DNA of 64,000 bases from Bispira polyomma. Taxonomy: Eukaryota. Numbering within the stretch: position 1 is the stretch's first letter; every line of letters begins with the position of its first letter. Positions 12,311-26,669 of this stretch are shown in pieces. The notes beneath the pieces are model-generated. The model worked only from the letters and a program-made list of their open reading frames with translations, was not told the origin of the DNA and ran no database searches. The DNA lies in contig OZ287754.1 in assembly GCA_965649765.1 (NCBI GenBank), forward strand, positions 62,620,001-62,684,000, read 5' to 3'. The translations under genes were made by a program, and so were the position numbers.

Positions 12311-12816
12311 TGCTAGTCAAATTCAGTGATCATAATGAAAATATCCTTAACACTGCATTTGAGTTACAGCAGAGTTCTAGGGTTGAATTTGCTCCCTTTG
12401 ACGACCTTGTTGTGGAAAAATGCTGCAAATCATCTCTGGTTGATCACCATCTGTGTCTGGCAATATGAAGATAAAAAAATAAAGTATAGATTGACTTGTT
12501 AATTAGGATTATTCTAGTCTCAAATGATTTACATATTTTCTTGATTATTCTTTCAAATGGTAGTGTCTGTCTTTATGATATGTTGATAACAAAAACTTTA
12601 CTGCATACTGTTTTTAACTAAGGCATATTGTATATTATCAATAAGATATTGAACGTCACGAGTAGAAGAAAACATATGTAATACGTTAATTACAGCAATC
12701 TATTTGGATTGTTTTTTTTTAACATCCCATGTTATATTGCACATTTTAGAAGGGAAAAAAATGTTAAATATAGAAACCTATATTTGTATTATACATATAG
12801 CAAGTATCAGGCATAC

Positions 12817-13036
12817 TTTCCGACAGAAAGATTCTGGTAAAGTTGAATTACTCCCAACATACCCTTTTGTCCTATAAGTAGCCATATTTGCAGAGTCTAG
12901 TGTCTGTTGGGATTGTGGGCCCTCTCTGCTGTACACCACAGTATTTCTATCATCTTTATTCCGGATTTTCTGCTCATATACTGTGTGTCTTTGTGGCGGT
13001 GGTGTAATGTCATAAGATTCTTCATCAAATGCCTTA
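12817..13036 (-). other. Possible host-gene exon (KAFDEESYDITPPPQR...FCRK)
   Basis: Pyrimidine-rich acceptor ...TGTCTGTATCTGTAG, an open frame, and donor GTATGC. No recognisable domain. Confidence 0.35.
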
Positions 13037-13079
13037 CTACAGATACAGACAATAAAACAAATTAGAATCAACCCTTTGT

Positions 13080-13310
13080 CAGCACAGTGAAGTTGAAGCT
13101 ACTAACAAACTGGTTGATTTAACCACCTCTGCTGAGGTGGGTTCAAATTGTGGGTCTCCCGGTCTTTGGAGAAGTTTGCAGCAGACTCGCTGGAAACCTG
13201 TGGTTTGGATGAGCAAAAAACATTTGATTTTCTTTTCATTAATAAACTGCCTGTTGTGACATGACACAAGATATGTTAACCCCAGAATGAATACAAAAAC
13301 CACACTAAGT
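13080..13310 (+). mobile_element. Old, degraded tRNA-derived SINE
   Basis: CACCTCTG..GGGTTCAAAT (B-box-like) followed by GGAGAAGTTTGCAG..GGTTT, paralleling the SINEs at 46537 and 48392. Confidence 0.4.
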
Positions 13311-14789
13311 TAAATGTACCAATTTTTTTTATTGTTATATTTGGGTAAAAATATAAAAAAAACAAGAGTCACCCAACAAATTATACCAGATTAATTTTGG
13401 TAAATTACCATATACCAAATATACCAGATTAATTTTAGTAAATTTATTAGCATCACATTATACTAAAATAATAAGGGAAAGCTGTGTTTGGCTGAGGTTT
13501 TTTCATCAAAATTCTTGGTTACGGACTAAAAAGCCACCATTATGTCTGGTAATATAATGCCAGCAAAAAATCATATACTAAACTAACTTGCTCATTGCAA
13601 AGGTCGACGCTGGTTTAAGCAATGCCTGACTCTTCCCTCTGCATCTTGATATAACAACTGTCTGCTGGATAACCTCACTGCTATCGTCTCAATATGAGTC
13701 ATCTGGGAAATGTTTCCTTGTTATATTGCATTGTCTTGCTGTCACTCAGTAAACGTTTCTCATCTACAGTAGACATATCAAATTTCAGTTTCACAATATT
13801 TCATATTTTGTTGTTAGCGCAAATGCTGACACAATACATTATGTGTACATGACAGTTTCAAAATGAGTTATGTCAAATCTTAGGAAGCAGAAGAGATACC
13901 TTTTTTATGAAGCCTATTTAAACAGTTAACAGGGTTATTGTTAACACATCATCCTGTGTAGAAGCATCAAGGCACATGTGTATATAAAAGGCAGTAACAT
14001 TCCACTCTTGATGATTTGACCTTTATAGAGTTAGTTATGGCAAAATACCTGATATATCGGCACCTGGTACACAGGTCGTGAACTTGCCAATCCCATGATT
14101 ATTGCAGGTGGCCATGCGAAACTCCTCAGCAGATCTTAATAGATGTAACAAGAGTAATATGTACTGTATAAAGCCTAAGGTTTACACTTTATTGAATTTT
14201 GTCAGTGAATAAATAAGTTCAAGTAATCCAATTACTGTACTTTTTTTCTGAGCTTATAACAAATCAAAGCTGCCATTTGCGTCACACTGGATTAAAGTTT
14301 ACTGCATTATTAAAATACAGCAGAACCTCTTAGTTTAAATTTCTGGTTTCCACAAAACCAACTATCAAATATTTCATTATGTCACTCTGTTAAGCTTACT
14401 TTTTATGTCAAAGGTCTCTCACAATGTTTCCTGGCATAATTGAAGGATACTGTCACTTAAAGTTACATAAACAGTGTATACAATATGTATTTGAATTATG
14501 ACAACCATAAAATTTTAATACTGCTATAGAGTATAAATTCTGTTTACCCAAATATGAGAATTTTTTGCCTTTAATAGGGCCTTGAACTCTCTGTCATTTA
14601 TCGGTTTGGTCTTTTTTTCGAGGACAACATTAATGATATGGCCTCCACAGTCCTCCCCATTTGACAGGGCCCAGGTTAGTGTAAACACGTCAGGCTGTAT
14701 CTGTTCACAGTCAAGGAACAGGAGTTGTTTGGGTTTTTTTTTTTTTGCTGTAAATATCATACACACAGATGATTTTTTTTTTATCTAAA

Positions 14790-14920
14790 ACATTAGATTG
14801 ACTGTAACCGTTGCAGCTGGTACATCTTTCGTCCAAGAAGTAGAGAATTGCAGCAGTTCAATAGACTACTAACGAGTGAATTTGCTATTAGTATGGCAGT
14901 TAGATTGGACAGATGTTTTC
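14790..14920 (-). mobile_element. Short L2 LINE fragment
   Basis: Reverse translation gives TAILIANSLVSSLLNCCNSLLLG..YQLQRLQSI, matching the L2 'LVxSRLDYCNSLL..LQRLQ' region. Confidence 0.65.
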
Positions 14921-16079
14921 TGATTCTCTTTAGGTCGTGAATATAGAGGTAGCAGGAACAACGAATATTAGAAATATGATCGTTGAAGGAAAAAAAGGAG
15001 TCATACGTAATACCTAATTTTTTTACTTCATCAGCTGGGAATATGCCATTGTCGAGGAGGTTTATAGCAAACAGTGATTTTAGTTCATCCCTGACTTTTT
15101 AGTGCTGATTAGTATTATGAGCCACAACATTCATTCTATATTAAGAATGAATCGTCTGATGTAATCAATATGTTAAGCTATATACAGTCAAGATTTGTTT
15201 TTGCAGCACAGTAAATCCATATAAATATCTTTTGTTTCATGACCAGAACAATCTATATGAAATTTTGTTTATGTGATATGTTGTATTACCACACAAAGAA
15301 TGCCAATAAAATAGGAATAACATTACAGCGGAAGAATATGAAACATATTTAAAAGCATACTTGGTCATATACCAAAGTTGTTTTCATATAAAAAATAATT
15401 ATTTCTCATTGTAGATATGTTGTATGCGACTATTGATGTTGTTATTGGATTTTCTTCAATAAACTCCCAGGATTTAAAAAAAAAAATATATATATATATA
15501 TTTCCTAGATGAATACAGCCTTCGGGTAACAAGTGCTTAAAAAATCGGACAGATGTGTCAGATTAGAACTGTTAATATTTAATAGGAATCGGATTATTGT
15601 TGAATCGTTTTACATATTATCTCAGGAATAACATGAAAATCATAAAATCAATAACATGAAGAGTTTTGAAATATATATTTCGTGAAATTTTACTGCTCAA
15701 CCTTATTATGACATTACAATATTTACAAAGTATGATCTGTTTGAGAGGGTTTTAAGGTCATATTGACATAAACAAGGATCGCATTTATCAACCATATGAC
15801 ACTCTGGAAGAGCTTATTTTCTGCTTATCATTTACTGGCTTAATTTTCCTTTTTATATTTTGCATCAGTATTGTAAAAAGAGTGAGTCATTTCTCAACAA
15901 ATCAAATACCTTATCTAAATCTTTAGAAATACTGTTGACCATCAGACAATCATTTACATGTGTAGAATCTTGTGCAATTCAAACCTGTGCTCCGACAAAG
16001 AGAGTCAAGTGATTATAAGTTGTCTGTATGCAATATCCAAAGGATATCTAATGTCTGTTGTGTTTTTTTTTCTGTTTAG

Positions 16080-17265
16080 GAATCCCAATCAACATTGGAG
16101 ATATTCATTCGGGGAAGTATGTCTTTTATAACTGTCGGAGTACAGAGGGATCTGGATCTAAGTTCAAACAGCATGCTATTCTGGAAGAGATCAGACCAAT
16201 TGACCACCTCAAGTCAACAGTGATGGTAATGTACTTCTCTGTGATAGGCAATATTAAATTTCCTAATACCAGGGGCGGTATTCTTAAACAAGTGAAAATT
16301 TATTATGCACTTAGATTCCAAATATTTACTTTGACCTAAATGGTATTCTCGAAAATATTTATTTATTTTGTAGATACAAACTAACTTACAATTGAAGAGA
16401 ACTAACATGATAATTTAGATGATAAAAGTATATTTATTTTGGCAAAAATGGAAAAGAGCAGGGAAAAGAGCAGGAAAAATGGAATGTGCCACAAACAATA
16501 GTGAAACATGTTTAAAAAGATATTTTGTATAATATGTTTACTTTCTTAGGTATATTTAATCTTAAAAAGGGTTAGGTAGGATCTAAGTGAATTTTTAGTC
16601 ATCTTTAATAAAGATTTTGACTTATTTGGATTATATGCAAACGGTAAGGAAGTGGACTTTGCAGAATTTCGAGTATAAGTAAAACTTTGTCAAGTGAAAA
16701 AAATAACATTTTCTTACTAATTAAGTGACATAAGTTTACTTGTTCAAGAGTACGACACAGGCCCTATATGGTTTAGAATTGTAAAATCAAACTGTATTTC
16801 AATATACAAAAATATGGATATGGAATGTTTGGAAAACATACTTTTTAGTAGTTAAATACCATGTTAAAGGAAACCACCAACGTTCTATTGTGAATTATAT
16901 AGAAAAAAATGTTTAGAACATGTCAACAAACAGATTCAGTAAAACCTTGTTCAATAAAGAATAATTGATTGTTTCCTACAGCAACTACATATATGTCTTG
17001 TTTTATGCAGGTTAGAATGAGGTTTTTCTGGAATTTTCGCAACACCGAAATTAGGACATACTTAGTGAAATCCCTGTACAACTATGGTAGAGCTGGTACA
17101 AAAAGTAATGCAATTTTCAAGGGAAATGCTCAAGACCTGGAGTTTACTTTTATGAAAGATGCCATAGAACTGAACATTTATAAGCAAGCTTACAACCGGC
17201 TTTGTGGGAAAATTCTCTACTACAGGACAGAGAACAAGGATTTAATTACAATAAGTGACTTGTAG
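16080..17265 (+). other. Possible host (pseudo)gene exons 16080-16225 and 17011-17265
   Basis: Acceptor TTTTTTCTGTTTAG|, donor ATG|GTAATG and acceptor TTTTATGCAG| give an in-frame phase-0 join (..HLKSTVM|VRMRFFWNF..). Product not recognised. Confidence 0.4.
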
Positions 17266-17889
17266 GTTGAAACATCTTGATCAATAAATCTGGAAAAAAT
17301 CCCAAAGTATTCAAAGGTCTCTGATTCTTTTAATGAATTGTATGCAATAAAAATACGACTGTACAAAGAAGTGCTAATTTTAGATGTCTTCTCAACATTT
17401 TCATTGATAATTATCGCATAGGTCATCATCTTGAGTCTGATGGCAGACTCAGGTTTAAAGAATACAATATTGAGAAAAAAAATGAGGACCTATCGACAGC
17501 AACTCAGATTGCCATATTCTATATTGTATAATTAGCAGGTATGTAAAGCTGTGCTTTACTATTGTTTCTATAATTAGAATATCAGTGTGTGTTTGTCAAT
17601 GAGTGGGAAGACAACAAGAGTAATTAATGTAAACATTGCAGTAGAGCTGCCTCTTGTGCAACATGAGGGATATCAAACCTCATTTAAAATTAAGCCATTC
17701 TTACACAGATGTAACACATAAAAAAAAAAAATCTGAATGAACAATGTACTTTTCAAAAATAATTCACACAAAAGAAATACAAATGCCTTAATAAAATACT
17801 AGAAAAATGAAGCACCTATCTGCTACCTCATTGTCTGAAGTTGCAAAAAAATTCTCATACACTTGTTCATCTTACAAATTTTCAACCAT

Positions 17890-20755
17890 TGTTAATGGAA
17901 GAGGTCTTGTGTTGTTACTCCTACTGGGCAGTGATGTGTCCCTTAACCCTGGTCCTGTCATGCTTGGTGTGCAAAATGCTAGATCTGTTAGAAACAAAAG
18001 TCCACTTCTTGCTGATATTGTGACACTGCATGATCTCGACTTCTGATATAGATAGCTTTCTATGGTCTGTTGCTCCTCCTGATTTTGTGTTTGCTCACGT
18101 ATTGGTGGTGGTGGTGGTTTCTTCATCCGATCCTCCTTCAGACCACTTATAATAGAGTCTCCTGTCGATCAGTCCTTTGAAAACATGGTGGTGTTAATTG
18201 GGTTTCATGGCCGCTCCCTGTTGCTTGCCTGCATCTATCGCCCCTCAGGATCATGTACATGTAAATTTTTAGAAGAATTCATGTCTTTTTTTGGTTTCCT
18301 GTCATATATTGATAGTTTGTATCATATCTGTGGTGACTTTAACATAAATTTATGACCTTTCTTGATGTGTGTGATCTAAAACAGTCAGTTACACAATCTA
18401 CCCATCTGGATTGTCACATTTTGGACTTCATTCTATCTCCTAGTGATCAGGATACTATTGTGGATGTCAAAGTCTGCGATTTTATATCTGATCATGCATT
18501 AGTCAAATGCTTAATTGCCTCTCCTCTCTAGTATAGTAGGTAACACCGTATAAACATGTCTGACCGCACTGATCTCAAGAATACTTCCTTCCTTAAGTCA
18601 CCAGCCAATTTTGTAGCCAAACTTGATGAACAATACGTACATGACTTGGGTGATGTTCTCGACAAGCATGCACCACTTGTAACTAGAATGTCAAAGAAAG
18701 ATTCTGTGCATTGGCTCTCTGATTCATACCGACGGGCAAAATCTCTCAGGCTCCAATATGAAAGAACTTGGTGAAGGGCCAAGAATCCACTAAATAGAAG
18801 TCGACTTTGTTGCCAGATTGCTCGGTGCAATGTACTTGTTAACGAGGATAAGAGTATTATAGCAAACTTATGTTAGACAACAGTCACAACACCAGGAAGC
18901 TGTGGCCAGGCTGCGCAAGACCCTGAATATGGTTTCCAATGTAGCACTCCCATTGCCTGAATCTGAAAAGTCATTAGCTGACAAGTTTGCTTCCATTTTT
19001 TCAGATAAAATTAAGAAAATTAGAGATACTTTTGTTCTTTCTGGAACTAAAAATGATGTTCATCCTCTTTCTGACCCTCCTGAAATTATTGCCTTTACCA
19101 GGATTTCCAAAGATGCTATTAATAAAATAATAAGTAACTCGCCTACAAAATCCTGCATGTTGGATCCATGGCCAACATCTCTCATCAAGAATGTAGTGAT
19201 ATACTACTTAAATCCATTACAAAGCTTGTAAACCGCTCACTTATCAAAGGCTTCTTTTCCGGTTGATGACCTAAAGAACTATCGCCCTGTATCTGGTCTT
19301 AGTTTCATATCATAACTGGTTGAACACGTGGTTACTAAGAAACTGTTAGATCATATCCTTGGCCACGACTTACATAACCAATACCAGTTCGCATATAAAA
19401 CAGGTCATTCGACTGAGACAGCTCTTCTGTCCATAAAAAATGAAGTTCACCTCCTTTTGTCAAGAGGCGAACCTACCGCACTGGTGTTGCTTGACCTCTC
19501 TGCTGCCTTTGACACCATTGATCATTCCACTCTTCTCAGTTGTCATTAGGCTTGGTTTGGAGTTGGGGGCTCTGTTCTTAAATGGTTCACTTCCTACCTT
19601 AGTGATCGTTATCAGTCAATAAAAATTGGTTCTACTTTATCTGATCTTTGCAAGCTCTTGTTTGGTGTTCCCCAAGGTTCTGCTTTGGGCCCGCTGTTGT
19701 TTTCATTGTACACTGCCCCTCTTAGATTGGTGATAGGCAAATATAAAGGTATTAAGTTTAATTTTTATGCAGATGATACCCCAATTTATGTGCACTTATC
19801 CCATAAGAATACATCTACTGCCTTTAAACAGTTCAACAGGTGCCTCAACGATGTGAAGGAGTAAACTGGTTAACTGGTAAACTCAAACTTAACCCCGACA
19901 ACACTGAGTTTATAATCTTTGGCTGAAAGCGACCGAGAGAGAAGTTGAAAGGATGTTTTCCAGTTGACATCCTGGGTAGCTCTTTCAGCCCAGCTGATTC
20001 TGTCAAGAACCTAGGTGTATGGTTTGACTCTGACTGTTCTTTTTCTAAACACGTTCAGAGTGTCTGCAAAGCTGTTTTGCGCAACTCCGTGACTTTAGAC
20101 GTGTCAGGCGGTTTCTCACTTATGATGCTTCTATACTTGTGGCCAATGCTTTTGTCAGAAGTACATTGATTTACTGCAATTCACTTTTCGAAAATCTCTC
20201 AAAGTTTAATTTATGTAAATTACAATGCCTTATAGTGCAGCTAGAATTGTGTCAAATACCAGTCGATACACCAGTATAACTCCTGTTCTAAAGAAATTGC
20301 ATTGGCTCCCTGTTGAACATCGTTCAGTGTTTAAAACAGCTACACTTGTTTATAATTTTCTTTACACTGTAAGTATTTTGCCCAATATCTTTCCTCTTAC
20401 GGTAGTTCTTATAATACCAGGCGCAGTCAGAGCGGTAGTTATTTTCCTTTTAGTTCTAAAGTTTCACCCGTCTACCCAAAAGTCAGTTAAACAGTTTGGT
20501 CACAGCTTTGTTTTTGATGCTCCCATTGTTTGGAATGCTCTTCCTGATGCGCGTCACCCTCACTAGTTTCTTTTAGAAAGCAGCTTAAAACCAACCTTTA
20601 CACCAAAGCCTACCCACCTTAGTCCCAATCATTCCCTGGGCGTGCTCTGTGGAGAAATTGGAAATTGGATTAGTTTCTTTTGTGCTGTTGCTCCTTAGAG
20701 TCCCCTTCGTTAAGGGGAAATTAAGCGCTATCAAATAATGATTACAATTACAAAT
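17890..20755 (+). mobile_element. L2-clade LINE, near-complete decayed ORF2 (APE endonuclease and RT) with 3' end
   Basis: Endonuclease motifs LLLLLGSDVSLNPGP, QNARSVRNK, IYRP, ICGDFNI, SDH. RT motifs DLKNYRPVS, QFAYKTGHSTETAL, LLDLSAAFDTIDH, GVPQGSALGPLLF, FYADDT, VKNLGVWFD, LHWLPV. 3' stem-loop CCTTAGAGTCCCC..GGGGAAATTAAGCGCTAT followed by short ATTAC repeats. Confidence 0.92.
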
Positions 20756-21879
20756 AAATGCATGGAGAAATATATCTACACATGTCTGTAAATGTAACAA
20801 ACCATTTTGTGCACCTTAACGTAGATTTTACATAAACTGTAACATACTAATGCATATTATTACAGGATATAAAGTACAGTGAAATGCCTTCTTATGTGTG
20901 TTGATGTATAGCTAGGTGTCCTTCTTGTGTCTACTAATATTAACATTTATATCAGCTGCGACCTCTCACAGGTGTTGGCGTACATGTACATTAGTATGTG
21001 GGTTTATTCCCTTTTGGATTAAAGGAGGCTCATGTCATATTTTTCATCTAATAACCTTCAGGGCAATGCGTGACTGATTTATCCTTATGTAAATCCGGCA
21101 TTGGCAAGCATTTCCCTAGCCATTAACCCACACTAACCCTCCGTACAGTTTTTATCAAGGCGATAAGAGAGGTGTTTAAGAAAAAAAATCAGAACTAAAA
21201 GGACACTATTATGATTTTAATAATTACCACATTATGTTTTTGTACATTGTGTGTAGTGTAGTCTTGTAATGTCTGTATGTCTTTGTGTGAAAGTTTTGCT
21301 TTCACTAAATTGGTCTTGGAAATTGTCAATACTTTTTCACTTAAGACAATAGTTTTACAGAGTTTCTGTAAAGACTAATTTTGGAACGGCCGAAATTAAT
21401 CACAAACAGATTTCCTTTCGGACTATGGGTACCAATTATTGTAAGGCATAAACCCCCCAAAAATGATGATTTGTGGATGAAATACAGATGCCGTTTGTGC
21501 AGGAACAAATAATTTTCAACAAACATACTGACTAAAGTAATATGTATATAAAACTTGTGTGGCAACATTGTATTGTTAATCAAAAAATCTTTTGAAAAAG
21601 AAAAACACTCCAAGTTGGAAAAACAGCAGCATCAGCATCAATACAACAGGACCAGATTGAATTATTGACTACTTTTTACCTATTTTATGTTTTTTGTGGA
21701 GAAAATGTGTAATATACATAGTCATGATATAGAAGGAAAAACTCTACATATGTATATATGTATTTTTAGATTGGATGGCAATATATATTTAAAAAATAAA
21801 ATAACTTAATTTGCATTAATGGATTAGTTATTTGGATTTTTCCTGTGTCAGACATTTTATATCTATTTTTGATTTGAGA

Positions 21880-21962
21880 TTAACGTTTTGGGTTTGTTGC
21901 GCCTTAGAATTTGTTGTACAAAGATTAAGCGCTATAAAAGTACGACTAGATTAGATTAGATA
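21880..21962 (+). mobile_element. Isolated L2-type 3' end with (TAGAT)n tail
   Basis: GCGCCTTAGAA..ATTAAGCGCTATAAAAG..(TAGAT)3 has the same architecture as the 3' end at ~20690-20750. Confidence 0.6.
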
Positions 21963-21999
21963 TTATATTTCATATTTTGGAATTACCGTTGTTGCCCTT

Positions 22000-22760
22000 T
22001 CCTGGTTTAAGTCATACCTGACAAATAGATTACAGTCAAAATTAAAACCTGTATCACCTAACATGTTCACTCTTTTTGGGGTACCACAGGGATCAGTCTT
22101 GGGATCATTATTGTTCACCTTATACATGTCTGCAGTGTGTGATATTGCTGAAACCTTTGGAGTTAAAAATATGTTTTATTCTGAGGACTCTCAGTTATCT
22201 GTCACAATTAATCAGAAACAAAATGTTAATTAAAGAATGGATTGTTTAGGGAAATGTATTGGAAACCTTAAACAACAACTATTCTAAAATGGAATTCATT
22301 GTTTTCAGAGCAAGAACTAAATTGAGGGACAGCCAAAACTTTTAAATATATATTAGTGACTGTGGAATATCCTCATCAGACTGTGACTGCAATCTGGGTG
22401 TATTAATATTTCTTACATATGGAGGGATTTGTCAAAGCAAAACCAAGATGTATCAATGCTCAAATGAGGAAACTCCACCGTATTAGAAAAGGCCTTGGTT
22501 CAAGCTTTAGTGCAATCATATAAACTATTGCTACATTATTCTATTAAGGATTAGCAAATACAATCTCTCACACTTACAACACATTCAAAATTCTCACATA
22601 CAGACTTCCATAATATGAACATGTTACCTAACTACATTATGATTTACACTAGTTACCAGTGGGGCAAAGAGTGAATTTCAGAATTCTTACATATGTATTC
22701 AAATGTCTGCAAAACAAGGCTCTAACTTACTTATCTAAACTTGTACAAGTATCTGTTCCA
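22000..22760 (+). mobile_element. Older, heavily decayed L2 RT fragment
   Basis: WFKSYLTNR, LFGVPQGSVLGSLLFTLY, FYSEDSQL and LPVGQRVNFRILTYVFKCL. Confidence 0.75.
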
Positions 22761-25187
22761 CAGTGGCAATTGGAATTGTGGTTCCAATATGCCGATTTGG
22801 TCCCCGTCCTTCGCGATTTTGAGGTCCAGGGTGTGTATAGGTCTAGGGGCAATACCGAGGTGTTTGCAGTGGTCAGGAAGAATATCAAACATGTTTAATA
22901 TTTTTTTAAGTATACCAATCTAGCTCCCCATATCCTAAAATCGTATTGGTGAATATTTTTGATTGTATTGTTAAAACATTCTGTCTAATAAGTCTTATTG
23001 CACCTATCCTACTGCTGGCCCGTTCTATCCTACTTGGATTTGGACCTTTTTGGGTAGGACAGAATGGGCCAGTAGTAGGATCAAATGTAGGACAGGATGT
23101 ATTGGCTACTGGATCTGCCGGAGGAGATAAACGATCTAACGGATAAATCAAACTTACACACAGTAGGATCTGACGTATTCACTCCTGACTAATAGAATCA
23201 AACTGGGGCTTGTCGGGGTGTTTGAGTAAGAAACATACCGGCAGTGTGGGATTCCTTGTATTTGGAGATTGCTGACTGGTGCTACGTGTTGTGTTTTTTA
23301 ATAGAAGGGATCTTTATTGTTTCTAATATTCTATGTACTTAGGCTTGGGGACTATTTGACGGTTAGTTTTTTTATATACACAATATCAGTAATGCCAAAA
23401 GGAAAGATAATGAAGATAAAGATTGATACATAGAAGGAGAAGGAGCCAGAGAGGAAGTTTGATGTTGGAGTGTCATCAGATAAAAATGAAGGTCAGATAA
23501 AGAAAAAAGGATCAGAGGGCAAGTCTGACACCCAGTCAGAAGAGTGACAGAGAGGGATCTTGAAGAGGAACATCTCAGTAAATGATTTTTTTTGTCCATG
23601 AGAAACTCTTTCTATTGCACAACTGTCAAAATATGAGGTAACAAAGAGTTTCTCCTTTTTTTTCTAAATTATTTCTAAATCACTGTTGCAGTATGACCAG
23701 GAGGAAGCATATTGAAACTAAAAAAAATAAAAAATTACCCAGTCTCCTCATACATTCCCTCTTGTCGATTGCTGGCATTGTACTAAATAAGTTACTCAAT
23801 AATTCATTACTTTTAGGGCTCAAAAATGTATTTATAGGGTTAGATAGCATCGGAATAGCAGTCTTGACTTTGATTTTTAGACATGTGATCCTGATGGTTG
23901 GGGTTATAGATCCGTCAGACCCTTTTGCCAACACGTTCGATCCTAGGGTGATATGTCAGATTCTATCGCCAATTAGTTCAATCCGACCATGGCTGGAAAG
24001 GTTGAGGCACCTTGGGGTTCACAGTCGTACGACCTATAAGGTTGTTCAGGATCGGTGTCCCATCAATACAGAATGCAATCAGTTCGATCTGGAATGTCGC
24101 CCAACAATTTCATTTATAAACTACCAGCAAACTTCAGTTTAAGTCCCCCAGATGAGTTTAGGTTGACCCTCACCCTCACGATGGCCTCAAATGCTGCTAC
24201 TATACTCTGCTACTCTAAACCCTACTATTTACACGAAGTTTATAGATGTATATGTTTATATGTATTTTTTTAAAAAGTTTAATGCATTTATTACAAGTTA
24301 CTAGCTAAAAATACAGAAGGTCAAATAAATTGCAGACCAACAGCTTGTTCTGATAGTTTGTTAGATCAGCAAACGTTTCTAAAAGATTTTTACTTTTTGT
24401 TTCGGTCCATCTTGACGCAGCATAATTATACTCTTATCACCAAAATTGCAGTTTAATGCAGCAAGAATCAATTTTTAACTGACAACATTCCTACAGAGTG
24501 AACCTTCCGATAGTTTAGTACGTTTATTAGTCTAATTTCTTAGTAACCATCTGTAATTGACTTGTAACAAAATAAACCTACGGAGGAAACGAAATTTAAA
24601 TACCAAAATGTAACAAACAACTGTAGGTCAAAATTAACAAACAAAATGACATTGAATTCCAACCGTGGTACAAAGAAACCATTAAACTCTATTTTACACT
24701 TTTCACCTTTATCACTGTGTTTACAAAGTCTGCTTCGCAGCATGAAAAGCTTGAACAAAGATAAACTGTGTAGTGATGGCGTCAAAGATCAGAGCATGCT
24801 CTATTAACGCACATCTTGAAACCAGATTTGCTTTTCCCTAAATATTTTTTTTCCCGTTGAAACATTCCTTTAATTTAGTGGACTATGTCTCTGCTAAGCA
24901 AAAACTATAATGTACACCCCTAAAACATAGTGATAAACTAATATAGCAATAATATCTGTTACACTGTTTATGTAATCATAAATACAATACTTAAGGAGTT
25001 ATACATCTCTTAAATAAATGCCTGTATCAGTCTACACACACAAAAAAAAGAATAAAGATATTCAGTTCATACTCAAAAAAAACAAAACCTTATCAATTCA
25101 TAAACTAAACAGGATTTGAGATTTGGCCATAGATATATATTCGATAATACAGTAATAAAAAAAAATGCCCAAAATTTACATCTCCAT

Positions 25188-25210
25188 CCCCCCCCCCCCC
25201 CCCCCCCCCC
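25188..25210. repeat. C23 homopolymer (G-tract on the minus strand, in the presumptive 3' UTR of the Tx1/L1 element)
   Basis: Direct count of 23 C. Confidence 0.9.
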
Positions 25211-25579
25211 AATTTGATCTTTTTTTACCCTTTTTTTAAAAAAAATGCAAGACCCTGAGAGTGCGAGGGTAGCAACTCTCCATCAGGAGTTTAACAATGA
25301 CTATCACACACAGTATGATAAATTTCAGAAATGAAAGGGTTCAGACATACTTTTAAAAATGACAAAAAAATAGAATAACTTTTGTACACTACTTTCTCTC
25401 AGCTGCATCAGAAAAGAAGAAAAAAAAACCCCAACAAAACTACACTGTATTTCTTTAATTAAAATGTATGCACATATGCAACGCTAGCACATATAAATTT
25501 GTTCATTTTTTCATAATACTGCTGGCAGACAATATTATCTATAATACACAGACCATATAAACATATATATTTTAATCAA

Positions 25580-26660
25580 AAATTGGCCTCCAGTTTGCCA
25601 AAATTGAATTAAAATGTTTTGAGTTGAATTTTACCTTATTTACAAGCTCTTGTTTCTTAAAAATGTTAGTTAGTCTAGTTTTAAACTCAATCAGTTTTGG
25701 CAATTTTTAAAAATAGGTCGATATAAATATATTGTATTTCAAAGTTATCAAACATGTGTTAAATGGAATAAAATTTAGATCAATATTGAAATACCCTGAA
25801 GTCATTCTATACACATTTGTTAGTAACCATTTATTGTTATTTTCAGAAATCAATTTTGGCACCTAAGTGATAATATTTTGGGAGTGTTCACAATATTAAA
25901 ACAAATGTATCAGAGACTCTTCATGTTGCAACATAACAGACACTTATCATTTGAATCAATCCTCATTTTATATCTTAATTCTTTACTTCCCAAGCATCTG
26001 TATATTAATTTGTATTGGAACCAAATAAGTGTGTTATCAGTGACCACATGAAAGCTGGCTTTAAATATTACTCTCCATAGTTCATCGTTAAATTTTACAT
26101 TAAAGTCATCTCGCCATTTGTTTGTTATGCACAGGTCAATCTTATATTTATTTAATATTGGGTTTATATCACCAACACCTTTTTCAGATTTCAAAATGAT
26201 GCTTAATTTTTGTGTAAAAATTAAAAGATTTTTAAAGGAAAAGTTGTCTATTTTATAATTTTTGATATATAACTGAAGTAAACTTTGTAGTTGTCTGGAT
26301 AGCTTACACTTTAAATGTTAAATTTTCTTTGTAACTTTTTTGGCTTAATATTTGTCCATCTTCATCGAGTAAATATGATACAAAACTTATTCCCACTAAG
26401 TCTCAATTTAATGGATATAAAGTGTATGAGATAATTGTTGATTAAACCAAATTGGTGATGATAATAAGTGTAAATTGTTTTAATCCCTATATTATTTAAA
26501 AACTCAATGCATGCTTCAAATACTGACTTCTAAAATTGGTTACTTAAGTTACATAACATTATTTTAATTTTTCAAACACCATAATTTGTAATATTTTTTA
26601 AAGAGGTAATCGTGCACTCAAAAAGTTTTAGCTATGGTAATTTATGTCCTTTTAACATTC
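25580..26660 (-). mobile_element. Tx1/L1-clade LINE ORF2 C-terminus (zf-RVT-like region), decayed
   Basis: W..IFK....VTDNTLIWFQYKLIYR.LG....L.YKMRI...KCLLC followed, after a frameshift, by IHLF..CEH: the L1/Tx1 C-terminal Cys/His motif. Confidence 0.75.
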
Positions 26661-26669
26661 TTTTCATGG

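Noticed and set aside
14045-14130. HDV-like or hammerhead ribozyme (ACCTG/CAGGT stems, ..GCGAAAC)
   Set aside because: I could not build the P2/P1.1 pseudoknot or find a CUGANGA core by eye. An Infernal/RNArobo search would be needed to revive the idea.
20955-21180. Additional SINE or ncRNA
   Set aside because: Slightly GC-richer and repeat-like, but no clear A/B boxes, TSD or second copy in the window.
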